This document shows, piece after piece, positions 36,245 to 43,798 of a stretch of 43,798 nucleotides of DNA. Position numbers and translations under genes: made by a program. Source of the DNA: Nemertoderma westbladi (taxonomy: Eukaryota; Animalia; Xenacoelomorpha); the NCBI GenBank assembly GCA_032718475.1, contig JAUCBJ010006367.1:1-43798 (forward strand), in the 5' to 3' direction. Under the pieces are notes generated by a model. The model searched no databases, was not told the origin of the DNA, and saw only the letters and a program-made list of their open reading frames with translations. The stretch's first letter is position 1; every line of letters starts with the position of its first letter.

Positions 36245-37546
36245 ATGCGGTGGTTGGCTGCTGTTATCCGGTGCAAACCGCACCGCTTGCCGCGTAACAT
36301 CGAAACTCCCCCGTCTTACATAACGACAATCGTTACCGCAGGAAAAAAACCCGGGAATATTAATTATTTATCGATCCCTCAAAGAAACTACTGCGGTTCA
36401 GTAAACTCCTGTAGGAGGAATATATCCGCGAATTCCAACAGGAATATATTATCGACGCTAATCGGTTTACCGGCACGTCGCAGTATGGTAAGTTCCGTAC
36501 CGGTACGTTGCTTGAGTTCCGGTGATACACTGCGGATTCCGATTGAATCGTTACCGGTTGTTGATTCCAATACCTTCGATGCAATAGCTGATACGGCCTC
36601 CTCTGGAGCAGAAAGTATCACATCCCTAGGTCTCGGTGGTTATTCGCCCAGTGGGTTGGTCCAATCGTTCCTCGAATACATCCATCTAACAACCGGTCTT
36701 GGGTGGTGGGCAACTATCATTGTGTACGCTGTAATGCTCCGTCTTCTATTGGTTCCCATTAATATTCGCACCCAACGTTTCTGTATCGTCTTAAGTAATG
36801 TACAACCGGAAGTCATGCGACTGAATAAACGTATTATGAAGGCCCAACAGGAGGGTAATATGTTAGAATCTTACACAATCCAAAGGCAATTAATACAACT
36901 GCAGCAGAAACACGGTATAAGTCATCATACAATGATGTTGCCACTTTTGATACAGGCACCTCTGTTTCTGTCCACATTCGCCGCTCTCAGAGGAATGTGC
37001 TATCTCCCTGTTCCTTCAATGACCACTGGAGGCGTCGCTTGGTTTGCTAATCTTTGTGTGGCCGACCCTTTCTATTTGTTGCCACTGGCAACGTCTGTCA
37101 CACTATGGATAGTCTTAGAGATGGGTACCGAAATGGCATTAACTCCTACTCAACAACCCAAGTTCATGAAGTACATATTCCGGGCAATGCCAGTTATTGT
37201 TTTTACTTTTATGCACGGCTTTCCTGCTGCAATGTGTCTATATTGGTTTACCAGTAACTTTATTGTTAGTTTACTCGGTGTTGCAATCCGCACCTTCCCT
37301 AAGTTCTTTAACTTGCCGGAGAGAGTGGTTCATCCATCAACTGATCAACCCGATATGTTGAACCCGTGGAATCAAGTGAAGGAGATGTGGGGAGAACAAA
37401 TGAAACGGGTGCAGAAACAGTCAATTGATGATATTATGAAACGCGTTGAGGAACGTAAGGCTGCGATAGCTGCCGACAAAACGCGGGATGTAGAGGGTCA
37501 GACAAGGACACCTCCAAACAGAATTCAGTCGAATAACAAAAAGTAG
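36245..37546 (+). CDS. OXA1L: Mitochondrial inner-membrane insertase OXA1L, 433 aa, intronless CDS
   Basis: Arg/Ser-rich presequence; LGLGGYSPSGLVQSFLEYIH..GLGWWATI, PLLIQAPLFLS.F.ALRGM, GGVAWF.NL...DPFYLLP, FPAAMCLYWFTSN. Confidence 0.95.
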   Translation: MRWLAAVIRCKPHRLPRNIETPPSYITTIVTAGKKPGNINYLSIPQRNYCGSVNSCRRNISANSNRNILSTLIGLPARRSMVSSVPVRCLSSGDTLRIPIESLPVVDSNTFDAIADTASSGAESITSLGLGGYSPSGLVQSFLEYIHLTTGLGWWATIIVYAVMLRLLLVPINIRTQRFCIVLSNVQPEVMRLNKRIMKAQQEGNMLESYTIQRQLIQLQQKHGISHHTMMLPLLIQAPLFLSTFAALRGMCYLPVPSMTTGGVAWFANLCVADPFYLLPLATSVTLWIVLEMGTEMALTPTQQPKFMKYIFRAMPVIVFTFMHGFPAAMCLYWFTSNFIVSLLGVAIRTFPKFFNLPERVVHPSTDQPDMLNPWNQVKEMWGEQMKRVQKQSIDDIMKRVEERKAAIAADKTRDVEGQTRTPPNRIQSNNKK

Positions 37547-38029
37547 TTAAAGTGGCGCCGCCACATTATTAGGAAAAACACTGCGTGTAATAAACTATGC
37601 AAGTAATGAGGTATGGGAACTTAGACGTCAGAATAAATGTCGATTTATCGACTCGCAGTCAAAATATTTAATTTAATTAAACACCCTTTTCTTTGTAAAA
37701 AATAAATAAATTAGGTTTGAGCTGATAATGTAATAGGGATCTACTATTATAGACGTGGATGAAATGTGGACGGACTTCACCCGGGGTAGAACCGGGCCTA
37801 TTCAGTAGCGCTAACCAGTCAGAGACGCCTCGCTGCTCAAATATTACTCCTCTTCAACATCAACAGTCAATCTTAGGTTGCAATTCATATTTTAAAAAAT
37901 CCCCTATCGGTACCGGTATTACAACATTTACATCACTACTACTAGGATCGGTATGCTTCATTACAGCTGCATTATTATATATTACATATATATTAAGAAT
38001 GCTCTTCCTGTTTGTCGACAAAATTGCGC

Positions 38030-38511
38030 CGCCACAACTCCATATCACCCATGACATTTGCGAGATCACCCACATCTTCAAGGACAGTTTCCTTAAGATG
38101 CGTCTCAAGAAAGTGATGGACTGTCTACCATGCTTATTCACTCCATGAGGGCGCCAAATCACAAGATTATGCACTGGGTGGTCCTCACGGCGAAAGCAAT
38201 GTCCTGCAAAGCGGAGGCGGCTTTGTTCTAGTGTCAAGCTTGGTGGAACCAATGAGACACCTCCAATGTTATATAGTCTCTGGTTGGAGATGTGTGCATT
38301 GTACTTGACACAGTGAACCCGACGTAGCATTCTTGTGAATGTGCCATCCAGAGATTTGGTGTCCTCAGCAGTTAGAGCCCAGTATGGACTCCCATAGAGG
38401 AGTACTGGAACTACTGCTGCTCTAAATAATAGGACCTTAAGTTTCCGATTAATTCTCGGTGACTTCCAAATCCTGGAAAGCCTATTCAAGGCTGCCCATG
38501 CCTTTCCCTTT
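38030..38511 (-). mobile_element. RTE-clade LINE 3' ORF fragment
   Basis: KGKAWAALNRLSRIWKS...KVLLFRAAVVPVLLYGS..W.LT....KSLDGTFTRMLRR...RLRFAGHCFRR. Confidence 0.88.
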
Positions 38512-39585
38512 TGGTACTATAATTTCAGTTAATAGTTTTTCGTTACCGGTACAGTAATTACAGTTATTCATTCCAGATCTTGGGGTACAATTCTCACCTC
38601 TACCAGGTTAGTTATAGAGTTAAATAAACCACTGAAGGTAAGGTAACTAACTGCCTAATTTGTTACTGTCAAGAAATCGTTGAACTGGGCCATCTCAGCA
38701 TGTAGACGTCTATCCCGTTCTTGAATATCGCGAGACTTCAGTCACTACGAATTCTTAGAAGTTTTAAAAATCTACCTACACAGGTCTGTAGTACGCCAGA
38801 GACAGTGCAGTGCTATGTCACTGCTGATGAAACCAACGCCCAAACATTAGGAATCCCAGTATAATATATCCTAGCGCTAGCATAGTGGCTCATGAGACAT
38901 ATTTCTCATTGGCTCTAATTTTATCCTAAATAAAATCATGACCTACTATATATACAGTAGTAGGTCATGATAAAAATATAATTAATTAAATGGTAACAAA
39001 AATATATACGAAACGTAGTTGTCGTTAATTATTATTTATTATTATTTTATTATTTCATTATTCTAGCCTATTATACAGGCCTATCTGGCTGTCAGGCAAA
39101 TTTCCACCTATTTTTTACGTAGTAACCAATGACGGCGTTAAGTAATGTCCACTAACGGGACATAACGGATAACACCAAATACAATACTAAATGTACAGGC
39201 CAATACAATGTTGTAATGTCCTCAAAAGTTTAAAGTGCTAAATAACAACTCTCTGTTAATACTAACGGCGTTGAGTAATGTTACAATTTTGGAATAAAAA
39301 CAAATTATATCATTAGCTATCTCTATTTATAATTTCATTTGGGTGGGGGGGGGGGGGGGGGGTGGGGTTAATATTTATAAAAAGTGCCCCCCCCCCCCCC
39401 CCCCCCCCCCCCACTTCATAAATTCCTAGATTCGCCACTGTTTTGAAGTGTCGACACCCTTGACGTGGCTTTTCAAAGTGTAGACATGGGCACAAAATTT
39501 CTTTCGAAATCCACTGAAATGTCATCTACCGTACCTCAATGTGCTCCCAGTCCGGTTAGTACTGTAGAAAGCCTATTATACGAAC

Positions 39586-39714
39586 CATTTTTTGTGTCAT
39601 TAACTCCAAGAAATCACTCAAGTCAATAACTCCTTTGCCTTCTTGGTCGATATCGAATATCATTTTGCGTAGTTCCTCTTTCTTTGGTTCGAATCCGAGA
39701 GCTCGTAAAGCCAC
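39586..39714 (-). CDS. CETN2: Centrin internal exon; upstream exon(s) not found in the window
   Basis: [43 protein letters not shown]; TTCCAG| and |GTTCGT, phase 0. Confidence 0.95.
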
Positions 39715-39746
39715 CTGGAACATGTAAATGGGAGAATCAAAGTTAA

Positions 39747-40945
39747 CCCTTAAACTGGTCAAAACTCATGACTTTTGGGAGGGCCAATTCCACTTGGTGG
39801 GAATTTTTCTAATGGTAGTTGGTAGTATCTGACTTGGTGAGAAATCATATTTGAGTTATCTCAAGTCTATTCCCTCTTGGTGGACCTTTTTTAAGAAGAA
39901 TTAGTTGACTTGGTGAAAACTCATGAGTTTATGAGCCATCGCCTGGACTTGGTAGAGATTATATTTTTATTCTATTCCTCCTTGTTGAGTTTTTCTTATA
40001 TTTATAAAACTCAAAATAAATTTATGTTAATTTAAGAATTGAATGCGGAATTACGCCAGTTTGGAATTCATAAAAAGATTGAAAATTATTCGTAACATTC
40101 TACAGTATGAATGTAAAAATCTAAGTGTTTAATTTTTTTTTATCGAATAAGACTAATTATTTTAAAAAATGCTGCAAATTAGTGAATTAGTAAATTAGCG
40201 TTAGAGTGCGTAATTTTCAACTTTAGAGGCGGGTACCGGTATATATATCATCTGAAAGAGGAGAAAGTTTACCTTCAACCTGGTGTATACAGTTTGTTTC
40301 TGTGACTTTTAACAATGAAACGGCCATTAGTTGAAATTAGACAACTTTCCCACGCTTTACTACCGCCTTGTTTATTTAGCCTATACTGATCGTCTGAAGC
40401 CGATTCAACTACTGTTGTCAAAAGCAAAAGCAAACAGTCGGCCGAAGCCGGAGGCGACCCGAAGGCTCCTCTTTCGATAGCTGCTACCCGAGGGTAGGGG
40501 TGGGCGCTACTCCTATCCCAAGATTTGCTCCCAGTTATTTAACTGGTACTCATTTTATCGACCCCAGTGGATGAAAGGCTGAGTGGACCCTGGCGGGGCT
40601 GAACCTACAACCAATAGATTGCAGGCCCGGCGCTCAACCAACTGAGCTACCCCGCTCACCACTGTTGTAAAGCTCATTAACATCCCAATACAATGGGCCT
40701 GTTGATGTTGACAGAAAAGTCAATGCTACCTTCCTGGGAGCTGATAAACAAAAGTATAGCCGAAACTCATATATGAGTTGAAACCAAGTCAGAACGGTTT
40801 TACTGTAACTCATATGAGTTTACACCAAGTCAGAATAGATTTTATCAATAATTCCCACCAAGTTGAACTGACAATCGCAAAACTCATATTTGAGTTTCCA
40901 CCAAGTGGAGATGGCGTTTTAGAAAAATCGTCACCAGTTTAAGGG
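39747..40945. mobile_element. piggyBac-like MITE
   Basis: TIR CCCTTAAACTGGT / ACCAGTTTAAGGG; TTAA TSD (39743-39746, 40946-40949); CTTGGTG/CACCAAG subterminal repeats. Confidence 0.88.
40419..40655 (-). mobile_element. tRNA-derived SINE nested in the piggyBac-like MITE
   Basis: Head GCGGGGTAGCTCAGTTGGTTGAGCG...GGTTCAGCCC (A box, degenerate B box); body CACTCAGCCTTTCATCC..GGGGTCGATAAAATGAGTACCAG; (TTTGC)n tail; ACTGTTGT on both flanks. Confidence 0.85.
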
Positions 40946-41022
40946 TTAATGTTGTAGCCGAAGTAAGAGAGCTCAAGAGTTTCCCAATAATATTTCGAGG
41001 GTTATGTGTTAGGCCTGACATG

Positions 41023-41300
41023 GGCCCATGTGAAGAATACCAGACTTTCTGCCGTTATATTTCACTTTGCAGTTTACCCCCATAAGTGAAGAATACCAGG
41101 TTTTCACCAAAACAGGTTACAGAAGGGCTGAATATAACCAAAAAAATAAACGAATTAGTATATGTACAGGTTATAAGACAGAAACAAGCCCTATAAAACA
41201 CTTAATAAAGATACATTTAAAAAAATAAAAATCTTCATATATAAAATTTCAATAAAAAGTCGACCGAAAAGTGAAATCCTGGTATTCTTCACATGGGCGG
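41023..41300. mobile_element. ~280-bp MITE, full copy
   Basis: TIR GCCCATGTGAAGAATACCAG; 7-bp direct flanks TGACATG. Confidence 0.88.
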
Positions 41301-41948
41301 TGACATGTTTATAGCCTTTAACGCGGTATTTCGCTCAGCAGGGGCAAAATAAAAATTATTTATGTTCATTATTACATCATTGCTATAAATAACTTGTCAG
41401 AGAATACATTCCACGTCACGTCCAAGGCCACTTATCCATTTCTGCGTGCGATATATGAATAATTCAAACACTACAACTGCCAAGTTACAGCAAGATTCGC
41501 TGTTACCTGTCAATAATTGCAATTAATTAATATCAGGTAACTCCCACACCCAACAGTCAACGCAAGTAAGTATACATTTGTTGTATATCAATTATTAATA
41601 AATTGTAAAGGACAAAAATGTTTTGCTTGCCAGGGCCAATTCGACCTATTCCGTTAAACCCAATGTTGTTATTGGTGGCTTGTCTGCCAGAAATAATCCG
41701 ATGACGCAATAATCCCTTGGTTGCTTAGTAAGAGTTAAAGCTAACAATTTTCAACCAATAGCGTCTCTGGTATTCTGAAAAGCCAGCTGTGTGGGCTCTC
41801 ACTATGGCAGTAATGGTGGTTCGGTTGTAGTGGTTAGCTGGGAGATATATTTGGCTTTCCTATTAGGCGCTGTACTACTGTACATAGTAAAGATGTGGAT
41901 TGTTCCTGTTGATAGGTGTTGCTTGTCAACCATTGGTTAATATGGGGT

Positions 41949-42003
41949 GTCATGTGACAGTCCAGTGGTTGATATAAAAGAAGTTTGGAAGGATTTCGTC
42001 ATC
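41949..42003 (+). promoter_or_regulatory. Putative cathepsin L core promoter: CLEAR/M-box, TATA and Inr
   Basis: GTCATGTGAC 41949-41958, TATAAAAG 41973-41980, Inr-like TCATC with A at 42001 (28 nt after TATA start); possible 5'UTR intron 42056-42450. Confidence 0.6.
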
Positions 42004-42486
42004 TGTTTTTTTTGTTTACAAACATAATCTACTTCCAAGTAAAGTTACAGCTTAGGTAAAGCGGATAAACCCCGGCAGCCCGGTGCTGCAATTAACATTG
42101 AAAAATTCGTGGACGAGTAATCCTAGTTTGGTACCGTTACTTACAAATGCGATACAAAATGCTATATTTTTATTAATTTACGAGTTTGTACAGTGAATTT
42201 GTTGAGGCTATCGCCATGTAGGATTGTATAGGCCTACCGGTCGGTACCGGTACCTGTATTATGTATATATTTGGTATATTATTTTAGGGTTTCTTTTTGG
42301 TCAGGCCTTAACCGTTAACACTAATTAATAATAATGAACTGAATGCATTATTGTTCATAATATAACCAAAATATAGATAGCGCTTAACATACTGCAGTAC
42401 TGATTTATTAAAGAACTCCATCCTGCCATTTGCCATTGTTCTATATTCAGTAAATTTTCGTGTTACAAATACTGAAATACTCAACG

Positions 42487-43506
42487 ATGAAGTTATTACT
42501 ATTAGCTGCGGTTCTCTTCGCAACAGTTTCTCTAGTATTGAGCCGATATCTTTCAGTAGGATCGCCTTCTTTGGACGACGAATGGGAGCTGTGGAAGCGG
42601 TTGCACAGCCGGGACTACCCTCACATCAACGAGGACTCAAAACGCCGACTCATATGGGAGAACAACCTCGAGCTCATTAACCAACACAACCTGGAGCACG
42701 ACGTTGGCAAGAAGACTTACCGACTGTCACTCAACCACCTGGCCGACCTCACCAACAACGAGTTCCGGAAACTAAACGGATTCCGAGGTCGGGCTCGTCT
42801 CGATTCCGGCAAGGTTTACTTCACCCCGGGCGATGAATCTCTCCCCAAGTCCGTGGACTGGCGCGATAAGAACCTGGTGACGCCGGTGAAGAACCAGGGG
42901 CAGTGCGGGAGTTGTTGGAGCTTCTCTGCGACGGGGTCGCTAGAAGGACAAATAAAACGGAAGACGGGGAAGTTATTGAGTCTCTCGGAGCAGCAGTTGG
43001 TGGACTGTTCAGGTAGCTACGGGAACCACGGCTGCGAAGGCGGGATAATGGACGACGCGTTTACCTACATCAAGGCGAAGGGTTTGGAGACGGAGGAGAG
43101 TTACCCGTACGAGGCGCAGGACGGTGAGTGCTCGTACGATCGGGGGCGAGTCGCGGCTAACGACACGGGATTTGTCGACGTCCCCGGGGGCGACGAACGC
43201 GCGTTGCGTCGGGCCGTGGCCACGGTCGGCCCGGTCTCGGTCGCCATCGACGCGGGACACACGAGTTTCCAGTTCTACTCGTCCGGCTTGTACGACGAAC
43301 CGCAGTGCTCGGATGCCCAGCTGGACCACGGCGTGTTGGTCGTCGGTTACGGGAGGATGGGGGTGGCCGACGCGGGGGAGGGCAGCTACTGGTTGGTAAA
43401 GAACAGCTGGGGGGAGACCTGGGGCGTCAAGGGCTACATTTATATGTCGCGAAATAAAGATAACCAGTGCGGAATCGCATCGTCCGCATCCTATCCCGTA
43501 GTCTAA
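42487..43506 (+). CDS. CTSL: Cathepsin L-like cysteine protease, 339 aa, intronless CDS
   Basis: Signal peptide [11 protein letters not shown]; ERFNIN-like and LNHLADLT prodomain; [10 protein letters not shown] (Cys), LDHGVL (His), KNSWG (Asn); first ATG at 42487 (track start is GTG). Confidence 0.96.
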   Translation: MKLLLLAAVLFATVSLVLSRYLSVGSPSLDDEWELWKRLHSRDYPHINEDSKRRLIWENNLELINQHNLEHDVGKKTYRLSLNHLADLTNNEFRKLNGFRGRARLDSGKVYFTPGDESLPKSVDWRDKNLVTPVKNQGQCGSCWSFSATGSLEGQIKRKTGKLLSLSEQQLVDCSGSYGNHGCEGGIMDDAFTYIKAKGLETEESYPYEAQDGECSYDRGRVAANDTGFVDVPGGDERALRRAVATVGPVSVAIDAGHTSFQFYSSGLYDEPQCSDAQLDHGVLVVGYGRMGVADAGEGSYWLVKNSWGETWGVKGYIYMSRNKDNQCGIASSASYPVV

Positions 43507-43798
43507 GCAACTGAGTTACGGTCTCTATCTGGGTATACCGTAGGCGTCGCGGTGATGTCACTCTTCTATTAACCTCTCGGGGTGCAGAAGGGAGGGCCGC
43601 TAATTAATAGACTTATCGGTATAAGTCACTGTTAGTGGGTCAAAATCACTAAAAGTGACCATAAGTAAACTTCCTCGATCATTTCCAATAATTTATATCT
43701 TAAAATGACCGGTATTTTTTGGTGTTATAGAACACCATTTTTGCAACGCTACCTTGTATTAATTTTTCAGAATATCTGCGCGAATTCGAAAAAACACA

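Noticed and set aside
37765-37835. Degenerate tRNA-like stretch on the - strand
   Set aside because: No complete cloverleaf; at most an old SINE head
17745-38511. RTE fragments at 17745-18025 (+, ends ..DIEVRK) and 38511-38030 (-, starts KGKAWAAL) abut in the protein, suggesting one element split by an inversion
   Set aside because: Reversing such an inversion would fuse AIMP1 exons 1-2 to centrin exons; both genes are collinear and intact, so independent insertions are more likely
39340-39412. Poly-G / poly-C hairpin
   Set aside because: Homopolymer tracts typical of small MITE interiors; lengths unreliable
40262-40320. TTGAAG|GTAAAC on the - strand as the missing centrin exon end (..ELK)
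   Set aside because: In-frame stop 12 codons upstream, no EF-hand similarity, and it lies inside a MITE
40580-40655. tRNA-Cys(GCA) gene
   Set aside because: Imperfect stems and B box; continues into a SINE body and tail
22389-43399. Alternative-frame ORFs overlapping MGAT1, OXA1L and cathepsin L
   Set aside because: Expected shadows of stop-poor, GC-rich coding sequence; no recognisable motifs

Overview
AT-rich, repeat-dense animal (invertebrate-like) nuclear DNA containing seven recognisable genes. Three are spliced host genes: BLTP1/KIAA1109 (-, first coding exon only), AIMP1/EMAP-II (+, 5 exons, 311 aa) and a CETN1/2-type centrin (-, last 3 exons). Four sit antisense inside host introns: MGAT1 in AIMP1 intron 3, OXA1L in a centrin intron, cathepsin L upstream of the first visible centrin exon (inferred intron), and a two-exon type II membrane protein with a C-terminal H-type lectin domain downstream of BLTP1 exon 1 (inferred intron). 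Two large minisatellites are copied directly from exon ends. A ~5 kb, 52-59 bp array reiterates the AIMP1 exon-4 end plus its splice donor, so each unit reads polypyrimidine-CAG|GTTAGT: a chain of ~85-90 candidate recursive splice sites. A 31 bp array reiterates the last codons of MGAT1 and supplies its stop codon. Non-coding space holds nested non-autonomous DNA transposons (hAT, Tc1/pogo, piggyBac, Kolobok, MULE-like), RTE LINE fragments, a tRNA-derived SINE and many TA-CAG-TA/TA-CCGG-TA motifs resembling excision footprints. All calls are by eye; no searches were run and the species was not identified.
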